Shown here: positions 35,101-47,551 of the stretch, in pieces | How the letters are laid out: each line of letters opens with the position of its first letter | Numbering within the stretch: position 1 is the stretch's first letter | Source: Lama glama | Lineage: Eukaryota | Assembly: GCA_028534125.1 (NCBI GenBank) | Contig: CM052827.1 | Coordinates: forward strand, 67,580,001-67,644,000 | Direction of reading: 5' to 3' | Length of the DNA stretch: 64,000 bases | The notes under the pieces: generated by a model | What the model was told of the DNA's origin: nothing | Databases searched by the model: none | The model's input: only the letters and a program-made list of their open reading frames with translations | Program-made: the position numbers and the translations under genes

Positions 35101-36789
35101 TGCCCGGTGAAATCTGCCTTCGTTGGTTTCCTTTCTGTTGCTGTTGTTGGAAAACAGAGAGTGAGCCAGCCCAGGGCATCATGGGGATTTCAGACACAGA
35201 CAGACAGACACACACACACACACCCCTTAAAGCCCAAGTAAGCCCAAGTGAGGACAAAAAGTTTTTGAGGAGACACCAACAAGGAACAGGTTGAGGGTAT
35301 TTTCCACTGGTTTAAAAATAAAGCATTCTACCCTTCAAAAAATAATAAATCTCAGAATTCTAGAAACAGGAAGCAGCAGCTGCATTTATCACCCTTCATT
35401 TCCTGAGAGCTGCAGTGAGGAACTCCCCATCAAGGTCAAAGCAATGGCGGGGGCCGCCTCCTCCCGCTGGACCCCCCACCCCGCGTGGCTGCTGCTGACA
35501 GTGCTGGCTGGCCCCTTCCAAACCACCCCGCTCACTTGGTCTTACAAAGCCTTCTGTGCCCAGGCCCTGCCTCTTGAGAAAGTGAAACATCAGACTGGAA
35601 TCTAAACACATATCTGTAACCGTCCGGGTCCTAGGAGAGCCCTGCGTCCGCCTCTCCTGGGCTCTCTCCCCGAGCTCTAGGACACCACCTCGCCTGGGGG
35701 CCTCTGCGCCTCGCGCTGACTGGTGGCTGCGCTGCAAGGGCAAGAGGGCAGGGTGCCAGCTCCCGTCAGCCACTTGTGTTTGTGGCTGAAGGACTTCGAC
35801 TTTCTCAGCCTCACCCTCTCGCGGGTGAATCGCCAAGGAGACACCATCTATTTCACCAAAGTACAGTGAACAGTAAAGGGACCAGGAGATTGAAAACACT
35901 TCGTAAATCACACTTAAATAACAACAGACTAGAACAGTGACACACATCCTCCGGAAGGGGCTTTGCCGGTTCCAAAGGTTTCAGGAACATCATTTCGTTT
36001 CGTCCTGCAGATGACACCGTGGGATCCATAGCAATGGTGGCGGCGGCACCGCCATTATCACTGTCTGATGAATGAGCCAGTCGAGGACACGTAACAGGAA
36101 AGCTGTGTCCCCGCTCCGTCAGCAAAGCATCCAAATCATCTGAAAACACTTCTGGCAGCGCATGAGTGGTTAAGTGTAAGACTGGGAGTCGCGCAAGCCG
36201 TCTGGTTTCAGGTCTGCTACTCTGGGCACGTCCCTCCGGGCAATGATTCATCCATCCGTCACCAGGCCAGTGGGAGACAAAAGTAAATTAGACCTGGTCC
36301 CAGCACTTGAAGAAGTCACCCAGAGGCAAGGGTAGGGGGTGGAAAGAAGTGACATATAAACAGATTAATTACAAAATAGTATTTACTTAAAATACAGAGA
36401 ATGAACAAAGTGCCTTGGGATTGCAAAGCAGGAAGTGACTAACTCTGTCCGGGGGACTCGTGGGGGAACCCGCTCCTCTGTGACTGGGAAACGAAGGGCA
36501 TCAGACTGCGTACTTATCAACGTCCCTTTTGTGGCTAAACTCTGAGAAAACTAGGCCTAGAGAGATCACCAGCAATGTTAACACACAGCACCACTCCTCT
36601 TCCACGTCCACTCAGAGCCATCACAGCATTTAAGATAACCAAGATACCTCAAGTGATAGATAACTGTATTTCAGAAAATGCTGAAAAATGAGATTTTGCA
36701 GAATATGACTGAAAGACAAATCATGCTTGTATGTCCGTGGAAGCTCGTGGGAGCTGGGTCTACAGTCACCCTGATGTGCGGCAACTATG

Positions 36790-37140
36790 ACACTAGATCC
36801 TAGGGCCAGACGGTCTGGGTTAAACTCTTGACTCTGCTGGTTACTAGTTTTGCTACTAGGCAAGTTATTTGATCTCTCTGTGCTTTAGTTATCTCACCTG
36901 TGAAATGGCAGTGGTGGCAGGAGTAGTGTGCTGGGGGGAGAGGAGGAGAAACAGGAGGAGGAGGAATGAGGATGGTGATGATGGTGAAGATGGTGAGGAT
37001 GGTGATGATGATGGTGGTGAAGATGGTGAGGATGGTGGTGAAGATGGTGCCACCGCCTCCCTCAGAGGGCTGCTGTGAGAATTAAACGAGCTAATATACA
37101 CAAGCACTGAGAACAGTTCTCGGCACAAAGTAAAGGCCAC
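36790..37140 (+). mobile_element. MIR with an internal (GAT/GGT/GAG)n low-complexity expansion at ~36955-37048
   Basis: tctgggttaaactcttgactctgct...ggcaagttatttgatctctctgtgctttagttatctcacctgtgaaatgg [repeat] ctcagagggctgctgtgagaattaaacgagctaatat...cggcacaaagtaa. Confidence 0.85.
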
Positions 37141-38089
37141 GTGAATCAGCTGCTGTTGTGATTTGCCAAAGTGCAGTGACTAGCGTTTTGGGTTGCTCCT
37201 CTGAAGGTACCCCCGCAAGCCTGGAAGTTTCTAATTTGGTCTCAATCTGCAATTTCCACTTTGCAGAACTGCACGGGAAGTTCAGTGAATCCAGGACGAA
37301 GTGTAGGTTGTCTGCTGCAGAACGACACTTAAGCAGAATTTGGGGGAATGTAACACAGTAAGTATGACTTTGAATGATATTTTGGAAATTACAGAGAAGC
37401 AGAAGTAAAGGAGGAAGGATGCCCATAACCCTGCAAAGTTCCCTTTTTTCCTACTGTTTTCATTTTATGTTTAAAATACAATTTATAGTCCTTTAAAATG
37501 ATAAGCAATCAAGGGAATATTAAAAACGCAAACTAAGCCACCCACTGAAAACTATAAGCATTTAAATAACCATTATTTTTTTTTGTTATTGACTTCACAC
37601 AGAATTTTAGGAAATTATATGGGCTGCTAACGGTATTTCATTATTCCTATATAGTAACTATCAGGTGAAATGGATTGTATCCAGATAAAATTAAACTTCT
37701 GTAAATCAGACTGGATGTTTTCATTGGCAGCATTAGCAACACTCACCAAACCAAAAGATTCTGCCTTTAATATTTAATATACTAAGCACCATTCATCCAA
37801 TGGCTCTCAACCAACATCAATACTTACAGACTCTTGAGGCCTGTGTTTTTTATCTTAGTCAATAATGCTTAGGAGGTTCAGGCCTTAAAATTAAACATTA
37901 AAACTTGCCGCTGCAAAAAATGTTCACCAGAACCCCAAAAGAATAGGGAGGCTGGATATTTATCATACTCTTCTTATGTTCTGAAAAGAATGGGCTGATT
38001 TTTCTCAATAAAAAACAGGGTTGCTCTGCGATTCTTAGCGCTCTGTAGCACAGTCACAGGAAGTGAAGCCAAGTCATTCAAGCTACAAT

Positions 38090-38290
38090 TCACTGAGATT
38101 CAAGTGTGTGCCGGGCACACTGGGGCACGGATTTTACAAAGACCATTTCATTTAATTAATGCAAGTCCTCGAGACAAATTATTTCTCTAATTTTACAGGT
38201 GAAAAAAAAGATAAAGCTTGGAAATGTTAGGTAACATTCTCATAAAGTTACAGAGCTAAAGACTGACAGACCAGGAGGTAAAACTAAACA
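38090..38290 (-). mobile_element. MIR
   Basis: tgtgccgggcac...catttcatttaat...ttatttctctaattttacaggtgaaaaaa...gttaggtaac...aagttacagagcta. Confidence 0.65.
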
Positions 38291-40389
38291 TACACACACA
38301 CACACACACAGTCTTGCAGGCTGGCCATCACTTTAGAGAAATATAAGGAAGGAAAGAATTCAAATGATTCCTGGTGAGGGTAGATACGTCTATTTAATTC
38401 TACTCATCAGGAATTATAAATGATATGATATAACAAACTTCTAAGAGCTTTGTGGATATATGACCAAAAATTTGGGAAAAAATCTTACAGAAACAGAAAT
38501 TTTAGGCACCTCTGTAAGGTCCAAAAGGCTACTGTAATGCTCATCCAACCAATCCTTATAATCAGAATTAATCAAAAACAAAAAGGAGTATGGTGGTATT
38601 TTAGTAATTTTATAGAAAAGGTTTATTTCAGGTAGGATTCAACATTTAGGAAATCCGAGCCACTTACTGCTTCTGATACACTTAGTACAGTGACTTACAG
38701 CTCCTAGATCCCTAGGGGCCAGACTACTCCGGTTAGCAAGTTTCCAGGCAGCCCTGTCTTTTACTGTTTTCGTAATGAAATGCTAAAGCAACGCAGCCAG
38801 CCCGCATAGCAGGGGGGCCGTTACCTCAGACTCTACAGAACAGTTACTCAGTCCTTCTAAGGCAGCTGTAGGATCAACACGACTCTTAGAAGCGACAGGC
38901 TGTTCCAGGAGAAACTATGTTCAAAGTGGACCCCATTTTCCCAAAACAATGATTTCCTTGGTTACCTCAAGTCCTGCTTCTAGTGGAACTCAGGCCTGAT
39001 GTGGACTGGCTACTGGACCCTAGCAAGTTAAATCTCTAGGTCTCCAGTTCCTGGTCTGTGAAACGAGAAGACTGTGTTAGATCGTTTCTTCCTTCCGGAT
39101 GTAAAATTCTAAGAGCCAGTTCACACTTAAAACCCAAACTCAATCACATCCTTCAGGGAAAGCCATTTGCCTCCCATCCACACCCCAAGCAGAGCTGGCT
39201 ACTCGGAAGAGCCAAGTCTACTTCATTCACAGTCGTGAGCGCCACCATTAGGATACAGTGACTTGTTTACCCAGCGGCCTGTGAGTTCCTCTCGGGGAGA
39301 GGCTGTGTCTCACCGATTGTTGTGTATTTGTCACCCAACAGTTAGATCTTAGTCGCCTGGTATACAAAAGTCACGCAGCGACCCTTTTCAGAAGATACTC
39401 TTCAAATTGCCCATCAAGCACGCATTGGGTACTTTTCTGTTTGTGTCCCAGACCACATCCTGGCGATGCATCAAGGTACCAACCATAAAGCATCTGCAGT
39501 TTAGAAACAGGGCAGTCATATGTGATGATGAATAATAACACAAGTTTAGTGCTTTTAACTCATAAGCTGAAGCCAGTTCTACAGGACAAGACGTGCTCTT
39601 GGAGTTTAAGAGCGAAGATCTTTGATGACTTAACATTTTGTGACCCGTCTTGCACGGCTTTACCATTTTGCCTCTATTCCCCTTCTATGTTAGGAGCATG
39701 AATCTGCATTGTGATTGTTTTCAATGATTCAATTATTTGGGAGAAAAAGTGACCTCAAAAGAGAAAGACTGATTCAGAGGCGGAAATGACTAAAACACTT
39801 GAAGATAAGCAAAAGAAAAAGTTTAGAAAAGGTTAACAAAAACTTTCCCTGGGGTAGTGCAAGTTAAGAGTGAGGTTACATCAGGCCAGGGCAGGGAAAA
39901 GAAAAGAAGAAAAGATATATGATTTTTGGCCTGACACTGTTTACCTTTCAAGTTCCAAGAAAAAATTTCATGGAGTACTTGTCTGTCCTTTTATTTATTT
40001 TTCTTGTTCATGCACATCCCTTGTGATTAGGAACAAAAGGGAGTGCAGGCTGCTGGCACCTGTGCACAAAGGTCCAGTGGGAGGCAGGCAGCCCAGCACC
40101 CGAAGGGCGGCCGGGAAGCCCTCTGGGACCCTTGTGCTGGGAACGTGACCAGTCACAGCAGCCCCTCTGCATGAGTCAATGCTGAAAGGTTTGTCCGGAG
40201 GAGCTTGAGTTACCCACTCTTTTGTGTTTCTTCCAAAGTTAACACCTGAATCAAGATGAACTGGGGGTACACACTATAAATTCAGATTCCTGGGCTCCAC
40301 CCGGACCTACCCTTTCCACAGGAGCCTCCACTGATCTGCAAAAGAGCCCTTGCAGGCTGGAACGCCCCTGCCAGCCAGGCGGAGCCGAG

Positions 40390-40400
40390 ATGACTCAGCA
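40390..40400 (+). promoter_or_regulatory. Perfect ARE / NF-E2 (CNC-sMAF) motif ATGACTCAGCA
   Basis: Exact match to RTGACTCAGCA, with a further AP-1 site TGAGTCA at 40172-40178. Function not demonstrated. Confidence 0.4.
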
Positions 40401-43400
40401 GGTTAGAGCCGTGACCCGTTCCTTCCGGAGTCCTCATTCTGGTTCTTATCCAGTGGCTACTGCAAATGCACACGCGCGGGTCGGCCTTATTCCAGAGCCC
40501 ATCCGAGAGCATCGCGGAGTGGCCACCGCAGCGGGCACCACCCACAGCAGGCGTTCCCGTGGAAAGCCAGGCCAGGTCCTGGCTGACCACCAGCTGAGCG
40601 CGCCCACCAAAAAGCGCTGGCCCACCCTACGGTCTGCAAAGCTCTGTTCTTGAGAGAGAAGCTGCGTTGGGGGTGGGACCGCGGGGTCCTGTTCAGCTCA
40701 GCTCTACAAATTCAATTCCAAAGCTCGGAAGCTAACCATGCTGAGGATAATAAGAATGAATTCCCTTCAGGGATGACAGTGACTTCTTTTTTCTGTCCTT
40801 GGGCAGCTGCAACGCACTTGCTTCCATTTGAGCCCAGCGCTGTCATGCAAGGTACTCCGCCTCCCACACACATTAGAGGGCACAGTCACGAAGGGCTGCG
40901 TCATGTGCTCCGCCAGGTGGCCGGACGGCACGTCACGAAGAGGAACTGTTCCTCCCATTGTTTTTCAGTCAAATAAGGATTAATTAAAAAGTGGTGCTTG
41001 AAAGAACCGTCAGACTTCGGGAGAAGGCCAGTTAAAATGCCAGAAAAATGTGGCAGCCACAAAAAAGTGCTCCTCCTCCACTTTTAAAGCTTCAGCTTCA
41101 GCAAAGGAGCGCGATCTCGGGCTCAGCCCGGCTGCGCAGACGCCGCAGCTCCCTTCCCTGCTGACGTCCCGGGAGAGGGGCCGGGACTGAGCGTCCTCTG
41201 AGGGCCCCACTGCGGTGCTACGGGGGGCTCTTATTCCCTCTCCTCATGCTGTTACCCAGAGAGAACTGCCCCCAGTGACGGACCTGGCCTCCCCCCCGGC
41301 TCCTCCGTCCCCTTTCCTTTGGGACCTGCCTGCCTGCAGGAGTGGTGAGCTCCGGACTCTTCTGCAGCTGGTGGTGAGACGCTTCCCCTGCTGTGCCGGG
41401 GAAAAGGGGGGTAAATCATCTAACTCAAGTATGAAACTTCAGAAGGCCCACTTGGCTGCAGACCCAAAGCCACATTCTCCAAAACGCATTTTCAGCAATA
41501 AGGATGGTGCTTTGCTGTCCATTCCCTTGGCTCCTTTATCTCTCTCGCCTGCTTTTTAATTAATGGAGGAGGGGCTCCTTATGGGCCCTCCTCAGACCTC
41601 CAGAGTGGGCGGCCTCCTGCCTCATGCACCTCACAGGTTTTGGCAAGTACTGACTGAAGGCACATGTGCAGACACGTGGCAGGAAGGAAAACCAGACAAT
41701 CTGCGTGGCCTTTCCGCTCGTGGCGGCTCTGGGACCACACCCCGTCCCACCAGCACCGGGGAGGTGGTCCAAACGTGGCATCGACGTCTGCGTGAGCTCT
41801 TGGGGGGAACAGCTCACCTACAGATACACCCGGCGGAGAACCAGCCCTAAACAGCGCTGGCGGCTCAGGCGCGGACCTGGCTCTGAGCCCCGAGGAGTGC
41901 TAACCGTGTGGGGACTTTCCTCCAAACGCCGCGCAAGCCACCAACGGCCCAGGAGAAACTCACCCCCAAGGACGCCGTCCCGGCACGTGCGGAGCTAGGC
42001 CCGACGGTCCACGGAGCGTCTTCCCAAGTGCTTCCTTGTTTTCACAGCCAGATACTTTACACTCTGTCAGTCCTCCATCGAAGGGCTATTTAAACCCTTC
42101 AAAGTGAAGTGCTTCCATGTAAAAGTTCGTGTAGCCAGCCACCCTCCTGCAACTGCAAACGTCTCCACAGGCAGAAACCTAACAGCACGGATATGGGGCG
42201 GCTGACAATGTGACTCTAACGTGTCATCTTTTTCAGTCGTCCTCAGGCCACCCAGTGAAATAAATGCTCTTATCAACCTCAAACAGGGGAGAAAACTGTG
42301 TTTGAGGTGCTCAACCCCTTGCCCAGATTACTCGGCTAATTAACAGTCGTGGCACCGGGACTCAAACCTGGGTTTTCTAGTAACAGGACAGAAGTGCTTT
42401 CCACGCAGTCTCGATTATGCAACAGGGATTCTAAGGGGGCCACATCCTTCCCTGCAGCCTGACAGAGCCCTGGGCACGGCAGGAGTGGTAAACAGAGCTC
42501 CAGGCAGAGCACGCCTGCAAAATCAGAAGCAGCAGCTCTGCACAGAGAGAAGAGCCAGCCAGTTCCTGAGTTCAGGCCCCTCTTTGTGTCGCTGCAGAGT
42601 CCTTTTAAGGAGGAAGAGTGAGTGAACTCATTTCATCTCCTTCCTTCCCCTGGGCCTGACCCACAAAGACACAGTCCAGTAGGCAGCTGGTAGCTCTAAA
42701 GACAGGTTCTCATCTGTTCAACTACAGATGCTCCATTAACTCCAACGAGAACCTGAAGGTCTGACTCTCTTGAACTCCCCAGTGGTCAGACGCTCACTCG
42801 CAGGCACGATGCACACCTGAGGCTGGGGACTCCTGACGGAGCCAACCCAGCTAAGGGTGAAGTGCCTTCGGCTTTGCTGAAAGTATGGGGCAGGGAGAGG
42901 GATCCTCCCAGGGTGCTCAGAAAGGCACGGTCGTTGCTGAGTTTCCATCCTGTCTCCTCACTTCAATCCTTTGGCCCCACGTTCTCTGGTTTGTCCCTGG
43001 AGTAACAGCCACAAGCTTGAGTCCTGAGTCGGGGGCAGTTGTGTGGTTTCGGGCTGAACTGGGGATTCCATAAGGATCATTAAGCTTAGGGGCAAAAACA
43101 GTGAATAACCAGGCCCTCCAGAGCCACTAGAACCATTAAATAAGGTGACAGGTGGGTGTTAGATGCCAGAGCTGTTAAGAGAATCTTAAAGATCGACTTC
43201 TGTTTTGGGAGAACTCAATTCAAAGCTAACTATGAAGTTGCTGGGCTCACCTCGAGACATCAAATTAGTCTTAAGAACTCCATTCAAGCGAAGCAGCTGC
43301 CTGAGAAGTTTGTAAGAGACTCCTGCTATGAACCATGGGTATCAGCCCAGTTACCACCAAAGCCAACGCGGTAAAGCAGCAGAGGGAACAATGTTAGACT

Positions 43401-46400
43401 TTCTGAAGGAAACCCTCCTCCTTCAAACAAAGGAATCGACGCCTCCAGAATCCTGAAAAGACACGTCACACTGTGACTCACCGTGCTTCTTGTCGAGCGG
43501 GAGCCAAGACACCTGACCCCGCGCTCTCTGGCCAGCCTGCCGTTCTCCTCGGCGGGGAGGATGGCGTCGCCTGAGCGGGAACTGCGCTCAGCAGTGCGAT
43601 ACTGGGCCCGTCACTGAGAAGGCACCCCCATCAAACAGCTCTTATTTTGACCAAATAGTGGGTTAAAAAAAAAAAAGATAAAGAGAATTGAAAAGATGGC
43701 ATTAAAGAGAAAAGGCAGCCTAGCATATTCAAGAGGAAGCACTTTCTGGAATTTCCTCTGGCTTCACCATTCAGAGCACTGCCATCTTGATGGGAAGACA
43801 CTAAGAACGGGCTCTTCCTCTCCTCAAAGAGCTGCTCCCTGGTCCACGCTCCCCGCAGCCTGCGGCCGCCCACCTCCTCCTCCTCTGAACCCGCAGTGCG
43901 ACGTCATGGCTGAGAAGGGGCTCGGGCATCTCGTGGCTCTGCCACCTGCCAGCTGCGGGACCTTCAGGCAGGTGCTTAACACCCGCGTCCTTCCCTGTCC
44001 ACATCAGGAAGACAGAAAACCAGCACTCACCTCGCAGGCTGCGGTGAGGAGTCACTGGATCCGCACGTGCCCTGCCCCGAGCACCGGGCCCTGGCACACG
44101 GTATGGCTCAGCACGTCTGCCTCTGATGATGACAATGACATGGGCTTACACAGGCTGCGGCGAAGCAGGGGCTGGGGGCCACTCAGGGCCTCTGAAAAGC
44201 CGAGTGTTCTCCTGGCAACGCACGGAATCAGCTAGAAAAAAGGCCTCCCACCCTGCGGGCCCACGGGACTCAGCGTGGCTGCTCTTCTCAGCGGCTACAG
44301 CAGCGGATCGGAAGGGACAGCCTCAAAGGACCAGAGTCAGGGCCGGAGAGAGGCGGAAACACAGACGGAGAAGCCTGGGTCTGGGGGAAGCTGACTGGGG
44401 CAGTCTGAGAATGGGTCGCAGCCAAGAGTCCACAATCACGGGATTTCAAACTTAGAAATAAAGTAACAAGCCCTTCAGGTTGCCTCTCTTGTTACTACGG
44501 AAAGCTCTCCACCATTTTCCCTTCAAGCCCCTCTGGAAGGGAGCCTCTTCTAGAGACTGCTCTGCCGCCGAGCTTCTGTAGCAGCCCTTCCAACACGCAT
44601 GGGTGCCTGTGGCGTTGAGTCGTTCTGGGGAATAACGTGTCTCAACGAGATTAAAACCTCTGGAGGCGGGCGAGTGTGTCTTGCAGTCTTGAGCCCCTCT
44701 TCCCGGCCCACCTCTGTCCCAGGGCCTAATACCCACCGTGGACGTGAGCGACCAGAAAGCACACCATGACGTGGGAGGCTCTGAGCAGCCGATGCTGCAG
44801 ACACATGCTGCCGCACACAGTGCACGCACGCAGCTGGCACAGAGGGCGCAGAGCGACGCGAGGCACTCCCCGACCTCCCTGAGGCTTCGGTGCGAAGCCG
44901 GAGTCCAAGGAGTGCAGAGCTGGCCGGTTACGCCTTCAGCAGCCCCAAGTGCTGAATGGATTTTAGTGCTCCTCCACATAAAAATAAAATAACACACCAT
45001 GAAGAAAGACTAAGGAAGTCCAGCGAAAGTCTGTGTTCTTCCCCATGGTGACTGCTCTGATTTTTTTTAAGCAGTGTATACCAAAGTCTTCTTAAAACAT
45101 TTTCTAGTGGTGCCTTTGCTTTGCAGGAGCCCCGAACACACATCTAGCCTGCCTGTCTGGTAATCTAGCCCTGCCTGTGCACCAAAGGGTTCCCTCCAGA
45201 TACAGAGGCGGGCGTGAAGGAAGGGAGCCAGGCAGGCGGCGGGGAGAGGGAGGGAGGCGGGGGAGCCGCGGGGGGGCCGCGACGGGAGGGCTGGGAGACG
45301 GGGCCCAGATGGAGAGGGTGGGGCGCAGCAGCGAGAGCCAGGGAGCGCCTTCCGCTCCTGCCAGCTTCGGTCTAGACAGAACTTCAGAGTCTCCCTAAAC
45401 CCAACCTGCTCCTTCACAGGAGAGGAGTTACAACCCACCGATGGCTCACTCAAGGCCAAAGCTGCTGGTCTGAGGCCAGAACTGGAATCTGGGTCTCAGG
45501 GCCGCCTGCTCGGAGCTCTTTCTACTCGGCACATCCCTGCTTTACGCTCCCTGGGCCGGGGCACTCGGGCTCGGCAAATGGCTCAGAACTCAGGCAGCCC
45601 CGAGAAAGCCTTGCAGTCTCCCCCACCTCAGCACCACACGCTGAGAGGCAACAGAAGAGGCAGGAGAGATCAGGCTCCTGGCTGTCACGTGGCTTCTGAT
45701 GACGCCATTTGGCCCCGATAGGATGCACTGGACTAGAAACGTCCATCCCTCGGCCAGGAGGAAGTCTGGCTGGACCAGGCTCCGGCCTGATGGTCTGCGG
45801 CACGAGGAAAGCATACAGCACAAGGAAGCCGCACCCCTCACACTGCCGGCCCCCTGCTGCCTCCACTGGCGGCTGCAGAAGCAAGGAGATCACCACTGGG
45901 GAGCAGCTTTGTGATTTCCTGATTCCTAAGAGAGCAGCACCGTGGAGGACGCGGCGAGGTGAGACACACCGTCTGACGGAGGCAGCTGCTTTAAGGACAC
46001 CCCCGAGGGATGCGCTGTGGTCCTGCCGGCTGTGGAGCTGGGGCAGACACAGGAAATCCCTGGGCGGCTCAGCGGAAGCCCGTTCTCAGTGCTCTGCGTG
46101 GTCTGGGGACCACCTCTGGGTTCAGTTACCTGAAGTGTTAAACGTATACTGCACCCGACCTGGACAAAGCACTCCTTTAACCATGGGGTTGTGATGATGC
46201 GTGTAAATCACTCAGACTCACTCCTGCTCCACATCCCACACACCCGCACGGAGTCAGGCAAGTGAAGAGGAAAACAGACGATCGTTTGAACCTGTGTGTC
46301 TTGCTTTCCGCCTTTGAACCCTCTCCCGTGCACCCCACCCAGTGACAAGTCACTTCTCCCAAGGGAAACGCGTGAGGACTGAACACAACCCCATCGGCGG

Positions 46401-47409
46401 CAGCAGCACAGCAGCCCTCCTCCGTGCGCTCACCTACGTCCTCCGCCCCCTCCGCCCCCTCTTTCTCTGGTTCTCCTTGCTAACCTCCCCTTTGTCTTCC
46501 ATCAGCACCCGTGCGAAGCCTTTCCTGAAATCTCCGTGCCGACAGCTCTGACCCTTCCTTGATGCTCCCAGAGCATCCTAGACATTTCTGACCCACCACA
46601 CCCTTCCACAACGACCTGGTTTTGAGCGTATCTCCTTCACTAAGCTGGAAGGTTCTCCGGGGCAGGAATCGAAACTTGCTCACGCTGGTTTCCCCAGGGA
46701 CCCGTGCAGCGCTTGGCACACAGCAGGAGCGCAGCCTGACAAGTTGTCAGGCGTGATCACACGCACTAGAGGGACACTTAGGCTGGAACCGTTAGCCTCA
46801 TTCTACAAAGAGATCAAGGCTCAGAGAGGTCTCAAGGTTCCCCAAGGCCACCAGTTTTGATGCTTTCTGGCTCCCAGGCCAGATTATCACGGGACCACAT
46901 TACGATCAGTTTAACTGTTCAAGTCAAAGCACTGATGCTCCGATGCAGGCACACATGCAATGACCCGCACAACTGAAGAAAAGATGCACAGAAACTTGGA
47001 AATACGGGTGAAATCACTGTTCGGAAAGCTGGAGCGCTGGCCAGGGGTGGAGACGGAGTTACCACGAACTCCTCTCTCAAGGGCCTTTCCGTCCTGCAGA
47101 AATGAGGACTGAGGGCACGACTAAGATACAGATAAGCGTTCTGCTGGCTGAAAGGTCATGAGACAGACTGTCTGGGGTTAAGCTGTCAGCACTGCCTTGG
47201 ACGTCTTGGAGGAGCTGCACAGGGGGCAGCGGCAGCTGTTGTGAGACCTGAAGCAACTCGAACGTGGCTGATTCACCACTGGGCGCAGAGAAGCGACAAC
47301 AGGCAGGAACTGGGGGCAGCTGGCAGGACGGGGCTGGTTTGGGGCTTTGACCCTTTGTGACCCTCTGGGAACACCCCACCGAGGAAGGCAGCTTCCGGCA
47401 CAGCTGCCG

Positions 47410-47551
47410 CTAACGCTAACGGGGGTCAGGTGCCGGGCCCACCCCGGAGGTGCTGACTTAGCTGCCCTGGGGCGTGGTCCTCAGATCTGCATCTGAAGTG
47501 TTCAGAACTTCCTCTGTGATTCTGGTGTGCGGCCAACACTGTGACAAGCAC
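47410..47551. mobile_element. MER5-like DNA transposon remnant
   Basis: tgccgggcccaccccggaggtgctgacttagctgccctggggcgtggtcc...atctgcat...tgtgattctggtgtgcggcca. Confidence 0.65.

Noticed and set aside
36869-37078. Acidic D/E/G-rich ORF
   Set aside because: Translation of a simple repeat inside a MIR.
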